Origin: Bugula neritina
Taxonomy: Eukaryota > Animalia > Bryozoa
Direction of reading: 5' to 3'
Assembly: GCA_964035545.1 (NCBI GenBank)
Contig: OZ037766.1
Span: 7,802,722 to 7,866,721 of the forward strand
Length of the DNA: 64,000 nucleotides
Within the stretch, counting starts at the first letter, position 1. Every line of letters starts with the position of its first letter. Below, in pieces: positions 53,533 to 64,000 of this stretch. The notes below the pieces were generated by a model that was not told the DNA's origin, ran no database searches, and saw nothing but the letters and a program-made list of their open reading frames with translations. A program made the position numbers and the translations under genes.

Positions 53533-55742
53533 GTAAATGCCCAGGTAAGGAGAGCAACTCCATGACAGTTCATATTTGTTAGACTGGAAATGAAATTGTT
53601 CTCCTCATAGTGACATCACTTCAAATCCCGCAACCCGAACAGGACAGAGTGGAGATAAGTGAAGACTGTGACATTAAACATCCTTTCCTACCCTTGCCCC
53701 ACCAAGTCTGAATTAAGTCCTGTCTATCAGAACATTTTGCAAACCTACCTTTAACTATAATATATTTTTATTTCAATATGCAAAGCAGCTACAATGTAAA
53801 TTTAATAATTTGGTGCATAAAAACAATTATCAACTATAACCATATAGTGTTGTATTGGATATTTAAAGGAAAATGTACAATATATTATATGAATTATTTG
53901 ACCAGTAATTATAAAGATAAAAGCTACATATTGTATAATAATATTATTATGCTTAAATAGTTACGTATTAATGCAAGCTGATCAGCATAACACCAAGTCC
54001 AATTTTGCTTAGACTGACACAAATTAATCAGGTTTCATAGCAACAGCTACAGTTTACTCAAAACAAAAGTTGAACTAGTCTACATTTCATTTGTTAATTT
54101 TAGCCATTTTAAAATGGTAACAAATTTTATAAAAAAAATTAATATACTTTTCATACATACATGCTAAATTCTTTTTACAGCTAAAAAATTCAAAGGTTAA
54201 TAAAGGCAGTTGCATATTCTTACATAGCCCAATTTAATATTTGTATTGCATGCACATACCCTGAAAGCTATACTTGACACTAGTTAGTGCAAAAGTTGTG
54301 CTGAGCAGATAAAATGTGTGTTATAACTCACCTGAAATACTAGGATATGCTAGTTATGAGCTCCTGTACTGTGGTTAATGCCTCAAACGCTGCTGTACTG
54401 TACACCACCAGTAGCTCACTACATTTATATTTGTCTGTACTCATACTGTTGTCATGTCATCGTTTATTTTGCTAGTTTACATTAATACCTCCTTACAAAA
54501 TAATGAAAAGCAATAATTCAAATTTGAAAACAAAAGAATGAGTAAATATCTATGAAGTGCTGTAATTGCAGCTCTTCAGTGTGCTAGCAGTCAACTTTGC
54601 TCATAATCTGATGTCAATTGAAACGTCGATAGCTAGAGATCTTTTGTCGATAGTTAGCATTCTTTGTTGGATACACACCAATAGAGTCGTACACATTAGC
54701 TAAGATACTCAAGTAAAGACTTGCAAACATGTCATTGGAAATTGCTGCCAGCTCTTGTTTATGAATGACTATCTTTTAATGCAACTGTATAGAACTTCGA
54801 ATGCATTGATAGTAAGTTTTTTTTTCCAGAGAATCTATATGGTGATCCTAGAGCATAATATTATTATGAGTGTGCAGATAATAAAATCTATTATGTTGGT
54901 AATTTTGTACAAATCTATTTTTGGGCTGTGTTTGAAACTAATATGTATATCTTCAGGTTTCAAACATTTCGTTTCTCTCAACGTTATTTTCTTTTTCATA
55001 ATATAGCTTTTAGTTTAGAATATATGGTTTGGTGACTGCTTTAGGACATATTTTAAGGAGATTAGAAAAATTCCTTTCCTATATTAGATTTTAAAGTTGA
55101 ACTGTCGCACTATAAAAATACTACATAAATAGCATAATATATCATTTTCTTTCATCTATATAAGACGACTGACTATTGCTATTTGAACATTGTGATTCTC
55201 TAATTATCATAGACCTAATCTGCAGTGCAGTTATTTAAGTACCCTGTTGATAGATGTTTAAACAAAACTACTAAGCTGATATTCCAATGAGCTTTAACAA
55301 TTGGGTGTTAGCTAGCGAAACTGAAAATAGCTTTTTAGTGCATATTTGTATGAGGTGCCGTTGAAAACAAACTCAACCATAAAACAATATTATTTGATTA
55401 TAATATGCAGTGCATGCAAACATATCTCAGCATTTGTAATATACATACATTAAAATATTTGTAAAACTAAAGTGGTTGAAGCTTGAACAAACCTTAATTA
55501 ATTAAAAACTTCAAAAGCATGCTTTACTTTGGTAAACTTTACATGTAGCTATAGAGCTTTCCAGATTAAAATTCAATATACTGTTATATTGCTATGAAGT
55601 TCAGGTCATGTTAAATTCAGAGACAAAATATATTATATAAAAAATCCATTAGCAAGGAATGCCTAATACAAACAATTATTTAATAAAAAATATTAGCAAT
55701 ATGCATAATATTGGATGCTCCATAATAAATATTATATGGAAA

Positions 55743-55744
<2 letters not shown>

Positions 55745-55787
<43 letters not shown>
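55745..55787. repeat. (TA)n microsatellite, about 21 units
   Basis: Directly visible. Confidence 0.95.
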
Positions 55788-55789
<2 letters not shown>

Positions 55790-56040
55790 TATATCTTATC
55801 AAATGTATTTGCGTTAGATTTGCTTATTATTTTTAATTTTTTATTTGCTCTTTGACTATCAAACTATAAAAACCAATTTAAAACAATAATCAGATGATGC
55901 ATTTGCAATAAATAAAAAGTATATCCACTAAATGATAAAGCTGAAAAATACTAAAAAAACAACTCAAAAACACCATACTTGCAGTTTGATGATAACGTAA
56001 ATTTGACAATCCTGGCAAATATAAATAATGGTATGATTGA

Positions 56041-57599
56041 TCAACTTTGAAACACTTTGGCAAAACTACTTTGGTCTCCTGAAGTAACTAGCAGCTGCTG
56101 ACCGACAGCAACCCCTTTGGGCCGAGGCACACTTGACACCACAGTGGTCACATTAGCCAAGTCTGGGGTAAACATCTGCACTCGGTTGTTGAACTCATCA
56201 GCCACATAGAGATAACCTTGACGATCCAGTGCTACACCTGTATGTACATTATACAGTATATAGTACAAGTATATTATAGTATGTGGTATATAGTATATTA
56301 TAGTATATACTATAAATTATAGAGTATAGTGTATAGTATATAGTATATTATAGTATATAGTATCTGGTACATCATGTATAGTATATACTATGTAGTGTAT
56401 AGTATATAGTTTATACTATATAGTATATTGTATATAGTATATCTCTCTCTTGCAGTCAGTCAATGGGACTATGGCTTTATCATGGGTTCGAAACTATATA
56501 ATACATACTATATAGTATATATTATACTGTAGTATATAATATATAGTGCATAGTATGTATTGTATAGTGTATAATGTATATTGTGTAGTATATAGTATAA
56601 TTATGATAGTATAATTATGATAATATATAATAGTATATAATAGTATATAGTAGATAAGAGTATAATATATAGCAAAAGTCCTAAAAAATTTTAATTAAGC
56701 ATGTTTACCAGCATTTTTACATTCAACAGTTGAGTAGTTTGCCACAGTTGATGCAGGTGTAGGAGGCACAAAGATAAAAATCAGCAAAAAAGTGTTTAAT
56801 ATTTATTAGCCAAGCTACTAACAGTTATTGTAAGTATTATACAGTTTTTTATTCGAATACCATACAATCATTTTCAAAGACTATACTAAAAGACTCATCC
56901 ACTGTAGTTACCTCTTGGCGTATTGAATTCTCCTTCCTCAGCTCCCAACCTTCCAAGTACTCCTACGTAATCACCATTGCAGGTGAACTTTCTAATACAA
57001 TGATTTCCCGAGTCTGATACGTAGATGTCACTTTTACCATCATGAGTAACTGTTACAGCTGATGGCCGGCAAAACTGAAAACCTCTCTGCTCGAGCTCTC
57101 CAATACATTCTCCATACTGATTGTTAATTAAAACTTTATTCAACCCAGAATCTGCTACTACTATGTTTCCATTTCTTCTGTCAACAGCAACATCTGAAGG
57201 CTCAACAAATACTGTTTGTCCAAATGAAAAAACATGTTCGATTTGACCCAATTTGTAGTTAATTCTCAGCATAGAGATTCTTTTATTTCCTGTGTCTGCT
57301 ACAGCAAAGCTAGTACCTGGAATTGGGCTGTATTTTACGCTTCTTGGACTTTTTAAATCACCTTCTTTTACGCCAAGCCCTCCATACGGTGGAAAAATAC
57401 TGGTATTGTGAGATGACTGAAAAATTTGAATTCGATTATTATCAGTGTCTGCAATAGCAATGTCTCCAGTATTACTAATATCACAATACCAAGGCCAGAA
57501 TAAATCATCTCCTCTAAAACCTTGTTGACCAAACTGAGCGACACATTTTGCTCCTTTTCCGTAAAATCCGTAAGGATATGCTTTTGCTTGATTTAGCAT
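56041..57599 (-). CDS. Stand-alone NHL-repeat beta-propeller protein (TRIM-NHL-like repeats), about 294 aa, 2 coding exons
   Basis: Exons 57599-56912 and 56237-56041 (phase 1, GT-AG, 885 nt). Six NHL repeats, e.g. IAIADTDNNRIQIF, FVEPSDVAVD..IVVADSGLNKV, FCRPSAVTV..IYVSDSGNHCIRKF, GEFNTPRGVALDRQGYLYVADEFNNRVQMF. In-frame stop at 57665-57663 upstream of the first ATG. Confidence 0.88.
56250..56672. repeat. TATAG/TAGTATA low-complexity array in the NHL gene intron
   Basis: Directly visible, with a short unique interruption at about 56445-56495. Confidence 0.85.
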
Positions 57600-58723
57600 T
57601 GCTAAGTGCAATTGCTTTTGATAATAATTATTGTTTACAGTTTTATTTGTGTTGTTTGCACGTTACTTGGAGAGGTTGCTGATTTAGCTACTTTCTAGAT
57701 AATCATTATGTAACTCAACAACAATATACGTGATAGGAACGGATCTAATAAGCACCACGTGCTTAGTTTTTAATATTCTTATACTCACAAGTCACAGAAA
57801 ATTCGTAATTAACTCTTTAAGTACTGTGATATCGATTTTATTGAATTATTTGCTACATCTGAGCATAATTGATTATTTAGATATTGCTATGGTTGCAAAT
57901 ATAGTTTATTTCCATAAAGACACTTGGGTGGCTATGCTAAGAGATTCTATAAAATTTTAAAAACGAAGGCTTTATGAAACGGTGTCAAGGTATTTTGAAA
58001 CATTAATTTTATTAAAGAGAAAACAACCCTTTAAACTTCTTTGCGAAAATTGTATCTGAAATACATAAGAAAAGATAACTCCATAATTAAGTAATATTGC
58101 CCGCACTGTACAGTACATTTAGATAATTACATAATAACTAGGCAGTAATTATGCCAACAACAAGGGTGAAAAGTACAAGGGTATGAAGTCAATCCCAGAG
58201 CCAAAGCTTAAACTATTGCTGATGCTGACCAAAAAGAAAACAATGCTTGGCTGTCTTTACAATAATAATAAATAATTTGCAGAATTAAATAAGAATCAAG
58301 AAGCAAAATTATCGTTCAACCTCATCCAACAATAATTATTTCTGCACGATTGCTGTCAAAGCCTATGGTTCACTATCCGAACACGTTGCATCGCGGGCAC
58401 TGCAAGATGTAGGAAAATGAAGTATCCATGGCAGAAACGGTAAAAGTGAAACCACTGTAAGGCTAAAGTCAATCTCTTTGCAGAGGTTTACTTGTCAGGC
58501 ATACGGCAACGTGCAGCTTATTGGTTGTGCTAGATTACCAAGTTGAATTGAATTTGATAGCTGTACAGCGTGAATGTAAGTGTACGATAAAACAACTAGT
58601 ACTACAAGTAGTAGCTCTTTTTGATTTTGAAAGTAATTCTGTCTTATAATAATTGTCTACTTCGCTCCTGTAACCAAGTATAAGTATTAGTATAACATTA
58701 ACAGTAAGTGTAACACTAACACA

Positions 58724-61700
58724 ATGACTCAAGCTGCTAAAGTTGGAATGGTGGTGCTGTCTGGAAACTCGCATCAAAAGCTTACAGAACTCATTTGCAA
58801 GTAAGTGATTTAATTTGATTGATTATGGTTATTATTACTATTGTTCATTACGATTATCAGTATCACTATCACTTTGAATACGAGTATGAGTATAACTATA
58901 ACTAATGCTGATACTGATAGTAATACTAAGCTATACCTTATAGTTATACTTATAGATTAAGATATGAACTTATAACTATAAGTATAGCTATTAAGTATTA
59001 GTATTAGATTTAGTATTCCTATCAGTATAACTATAAGTATAAAATCCTAGACTCGCAGATTTACATAAATTATAATTTCTTCACTACCACTACGAGTATG
59101 TCTATGACTATCACTATCAGTAAGAATAAGCTACAGTAATCATAATGATAATGATGGTCATTCTCATTGTGATTATCAAGATAACAATTATTATATTGAT
59201 AATAATATTGTGGTGGTTATAAACACTCAAAATTACAACCATGTCCATCCGGTGCAAAATAAAATGTGATTAGTGTGACCACTGTTCACACCCTCCCACT
59301 AAAAGAAATCGTGGAGTTTACTCTAAAAGTAAATTTGTAATCATGCCAGAAGTAAAAATGTAAAACTAAACTATCAAAATAACCACATTTTATTTAATGT
59401 ACCATTAGAATTAAGTTTAATCTAATTCATACATATCAGATTGGTGAACAAGAGTTTTAATGTTTCCATTTTATTAACATATCTTTTGTGAAAAACTGAA
59501 AGTATGGAATATCAGCTGCATCTATAAGTGAAAGTTTGGATTTGATAAAACATGCGAAGTGTTCAAGATGTCTTTTTTTAGGCGACTGGAAATTACGCAA
59601 GGAAAATGCTCAGTACTTCACAAAACAAATAGAGGTGAGGTATAATGTTTGAACACGCTTTGTCTGGAACATTCCAAATTACATTTCTATGATATAAAAG
59701 TATTGAGTTACGTTCTAATGAAGATTTATATGGATAAATCTAACGAGAAACTTGCAAATTATGTCATAAGCCCAAGATGTTTTCTTTCTCAGTGTGTGGG
59801 CTTATAAATATTAAAAGTGTTTGCGAAAAAAATTTGATATAAAATTATTCTTAGTTATATAATTTTGTTGATTAGTTGTAACTTTCTTGGAGATGCACTC
59901 TTGTATGACCTGATTATCTGTTTGTTGCAGAAACACAAGTAGAAATAGGAGAGTCTGTGAGAGGAAAAGACATATATATTGTACAAACAGGCACCAAGTG
60001 AGTGCTGCGCTGTTGTCATATCTCTACTAGTTAGTAGGAGTATAGCTCAAGGTTCATGGAAAGTAGCTAAATCAACTTTTTTTAACTTTCGATTATTTTG
60101 TTACTGAATGTTTTAGCAATATTGATTCAACACACAGCTATTCAGTGTAGTGTTTTTATGCAAGCTTATAACACATTTTGTAAAACTAGAAACTTCTAAT
60201 AAACAAATTAATTTGTGTTGGGACGATATTTATGCATCCTGGTGTCACTATACAGTTCGACACCCTAATTAGTGTTTGAAGCACTTTGTTCAATTAATAA
60301 TTTAGTATAGGTATACTTCTAATTTTTAGAAATGTCAATAATGACATCATGGAGCTGCTGATAATAGCGTATGCCTGTAAAACCTCCTGTGCCAGGAACA
60401 TTGTGGGGGTGATTCCCTACCTCCCTTATTGTAAGCAGAGTAAAATGAGAAAACGAGGCTCTATAGTGTCTAAGTTAGTGGCTGACATGCTAAGTACTGC
60501 AGGTAAAATAAATAATGTTAACCATCTTGATTTAAGAAAAAAATATATTCACCTTTTGATTCATGTGGTATTGACCTTGATTCACTTGATGCCGACCTTT
60601 TGTGTTGCCATTTTCTTAGGCTTAAATCATATTCTCACCATGGATTTACATCATAAAGAAATTCAAGGATTCTTCAACTTCCCTGTAGATAATCTAAGAG
60701 CTTCGTCATTTCTCCTTCAATACATCAGGGAATCGGTATGACAACTTTGTAGATTCTTATAATGGAATACATGAGGATAATACTAGTTTTTCCTTTCAAT
60801 AGAAGTTTGTTAATACTTAAAACAGAGATTTTAGTGAAATAGTATGGAATTAAATGGAATTGCTGTTTTGACTCTAATATCAAATGTTCCTTATTTTAAA
60901 AGGACGTAGTGTTGAGTCAATATTTCTGTAATATACTATGTAGACTAAATTTGTAGCTATTCGAATTTACAACTCACTACGTAGAAACTATGCTCTGCTT
61001 TAAGCACTGAGCACTCTCTCACATTATGTATTACAAAGCAACTGTTTTCTAATTATATAGTTTGTGTAGAATAAAACTCGTAAAGCAAGTGTTGCTTATC
61101 ATTGTGTCCACAGATCCCAGATTGGAGAAATGCCATTCTGGTTGCCAGAAACCCAAACGCTGTGAACAGAGCCTCGTCGTTTGCTGAGAGGTTGCAGCTG
61201 GGCTTTGCTGTGATACACGGGGAGGAGAAGGAGCACGACAGCGAGAAAGATGACGGCCGGGCCAGTCCTCCTCCAACTAGGATTACTTCTGTGGATGTCC
61301 ATGACCTGCCTGGTAAGCTCTCCTGTCCCCTATTTCTGTTGAACACACAACATTTTAGTTGAAACTGTGTATAGCTCAGTGTTGAGTTTTAAAAATTGGT
61401 TTATTTGACTGCAGCTTTATATGCAGTGACGTGTGCAAGACATGGTTAGGTGTGGCATATGTAGTTAGGCATTGAAAAACTGACCAAAAACTCACTGCTC
61501 TGTTAAAAAATGATTTGAGGAACTTACAATGTTTTAAGAGTGTACGACGTTAGCAGTCACATAACACAGCTCGAGCACGCACACACACTGATATAATGTA
61601 CATATCTACTGAGTAATAAAGTACACTAGCAAAAAATGCTATTGGAATGTAAATTTCTCATATTAGAATTGTTTCAATGTAAATCTTGTTTGTTTTAGTG

Positions 61701-63336
61701 CTGAATCGGAAAGAAAAGCCACCAATGAATGTCGTTGGAGATGTTGGGGGAAAGATTGCCATAATTGTGGTAAGTTTTTGCTGCATTAGTATTTTAGTTG
61801 TTATTTTATAAAAAATGATTTGCAGGCTAAAGATGAATGTTGATTGGTGGTTATACTCAGAGTACTAAAGGCTGATCTTACAGGCTCACAGGGTTGTCTT
61901 TTTGGACAACTCCTATAACAGATTCTAACTGAAAAGTCTAGTCATCCTAAATATTAGTTGTTCAGTTTTGTGACAAACATAATAACAAAATAAGAGAGAA
62001 GTAAATGGTTAGATGATAATAACTTTGATGGAGTTTTCTTGCTTTGGCAACTCAGTGTTACTTTAGAAAAAAAATTGACTGTTTATATAATGTTTGAAAC
62101 TTGGATGCACGTATAATTCATTTTCAACTGGTAAAATATTTCAATGACTCTAGTGTTTTATACTTCATAAATTGAAAACTAGCTGAACGTCTAACAGCCA
62201 CAAATATTATTAATATTTTGTGTTAAAGTTAATAAGAAAATTCACTATAGCTTAATGAATATATACAAAGTTCCAGTTTTAGCAGGCATAATATCACATG
62301 AAATAATATTATTACTTGAAACAATACTGTTATAGTGATTATGATTAATGGTAATACTAATTTATTAGTATTCTTAACCCCAGCTCTCTTATGGAGAATA
62401 CTGCATACAAGTATCAGTTTCATGCATAAAGTCTTGATTAGGGAAACTTATACAAGGTCGTAGGAATTTGTCAAACAAGCGGCTCTTCCCTGCTTTAATT
62501 TCCTGTTCTATGTTTGCCATTTGTTAATGCAAGGTTTAAATTACTGATACAACTGTTTAGTCTGATTTTGAGCCCTTAGATTTAATGCTCTGTTTACAGG
62601 ACGATTTGATTGATGAAGTTGATTCATTTATTGCTGCTGCTGAGTTGCTTAGAGAGAGAGGTGCATACAAGATATATGTTGTGGCAACCCACGGCCTCCT
62701 CTCCTTAGATGCTCCTCAGCTCCTGGAGGACTCTGTCATAGATGAGGTATAGTATTCACCGCAAGAACTTGCTGTACATTGCATTCCCATTGCCTCCAAT
62801 GGATCTGTACCGGTCTCGTGCAGATGGATTTGTGGTTGCGGTTTGCATGAACTTTTGGTTGTAGTTTCATTCGATGCAGCTGTTCCCAAACATTGGGTGA
62901 AAAATCTATTCGCATAATGGGAAGCAATGGGAACGCAAAAATGTTGTAGTTGATGTAGTTACTGTGGATTGAATCTCTTGTCTTACCTAATTGTGCTGGG
63001 AGATTAGCTACGCAGCTTCTCAGTGTGATAATACTGAAAACTTACAACTTGTGAACACTTCTGCTGGAATCACGAGTAAATCCTTTCGCATTGTACTTTT
63101 TTACAGCTACTAGTGTGCCTTCACAATAAGGTGTAGTGTTATGTGTATTTTGTATTCTTTGCATTCATTCTGTGCAGGTGGTGGTAACAAATGCGATACC
63201 ACATGAAGTGCAGAAGTTGCAGTGTGGTAAGATAAAGACGGTAGATGTGAGTGCCTTGTTTGCTGAGGCTATCCGACGTATTCACAACCAGGAATCTATG
63301 TCTCACCTGTTCAGGAATGTGGCTGCTGATGACTAA
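58724..63336 (+). CDS. PRPSAP: Phosphoribosyl pyrophosphate synthetase-associated protein (non-catalytic PRPSAP1/2-like), about 353 aa, 9 exons
   Basis: Exons 58724-58800, 59582-59634, 59931-59997, 60330-60502, 60620-60735, 61114-61312, 61699-61769, 62600-62746, 63178-63336 (1062 nt). Motifs [54 protein letters not shown], the insertion [29 protein letters not shown], and [10 protein letters not shown] in place of catalytic DDMADTCGT. Confidence 0.96.
58820..59210. repeat. Hexamer-periodic fold-back array in PRPSAP intron 1
   Basis: 58911-58929 pairs with 59010-59028 (18/19), and about 58930-58948 with 58971-58988 (one bulge). AGTATA/ACTATA units are followed by ATGATA/ATCATA units. Confidence 0.8.
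62779..62938. repeat. About 160-bp segment bounded by inverted repeats (MITE-like or RNA stem) in PRPSAP intron 8
   Basis: TTGCATTCCCATTGCCTCC versus the reverse complement of the right end, TTGCGTTCCCATTGCTTCC (17/19). No clear target duplication. Confidence 0.5.
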
Positions 63337-64000
63337 CTACTATATGTTCTTAACGCACACTTTACATGAAAAGCAATAGCAAGTGCACTACTCTAAGCCT
63401 CCCTGCTCTTAATACGCAGTATATGCTGTTCCAACAGTGAAAGGTCACTATGCAAATTAGAAGCATAAAGATTTTAGATGGTGCTATGATTTTGTTCACT
63501 TGTCCTAAATATACTAGATTTAGTTTTATGCTCTTTAAACATTCTCCCCCAATATCATGTACACCATTTTAAATCTTACCACAAGACTTATATTAGTGAA
63601 GATTACTGATCAATGTTTTAACTTTTTAAAATCATAGTTTATAATCATTTAATAGCATGCCTATAAGGCAGCCGTATAATTTTTGTACCTTTTTACATAA
63701 AACTTTCCAATTTTTATCATTATATATAATAAATATTTGTCTCTGCCAAACCAATTATTTCTCTACCCTGAAGTACTATTTACATAAATGTGTATGTTTT
63801 ATTAAAGTTTTTGTTATTATAATTTTATTGAAAAAATAATCATATTAATAATTAGAAAGGAAATTTGTGCTGAAAGGAAGGAAAAACAGTATATTAATTA
63901 TAATCATATGCCCTCTTGCCTTCATTGCTAAAGAGGCCTTGTCCATAATGTCTATATACAGCTTAAGCTTCGAGTCAGTAAATAAAGATCATCCAGTTTT

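Noticed and set aside
54032-54044. Partial X-box-like GTTTCATAGCAAC (and a weaker one near 57883)
   Set aside because: Imperfect matches with no demonstrable start site or gene; expected by chance in 64 kb.

Overview
AT-rich, intron-containing genomic DNA from an animal, most likely an invertebrate; the species cannot be determined from the sequence. Six spliced genes were reconstructed by hand with consistent reading-frame phase: GPR89/GPHR (- strand, 15 coding exons, one U12-type intron) head-to-head with SPO11 (+, 10 coding exons, two GC-AG introns); a motor-less myosin XV-like MyTH4-FERM gene (+) with an upstream RFX X-box and a candidate 12-nt microexon; a fibrillar collagen alpha chain (+, 27 exons, 338 uninterrupted Gly-X-Y triplets, COLFI domain with only 6 Cys); and a stand-alone six-repeat NHL beta-propeller gene (-) head-to-head with PRPSAP (+, 9 exons). 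The window also has a hAT-type MITE with an 8-bp target-site duplication, a decayed tRNA-derived SINE and several mini/microsatellites. The most unusual signals are (i) hexamer-periodic fold-back arrays sharing a 17-mer just inside three 5' gene ends, (ii) the headless myosin XV tail gene with an X-box, and (iii) ten Gly-codon-splitting introns in the collagen triple helix. Most ORF-track entries are partial exons or artefacts. No prokaryotic or CRISPR system is present. All homology calls rest on recalled family motifs, not database searches.
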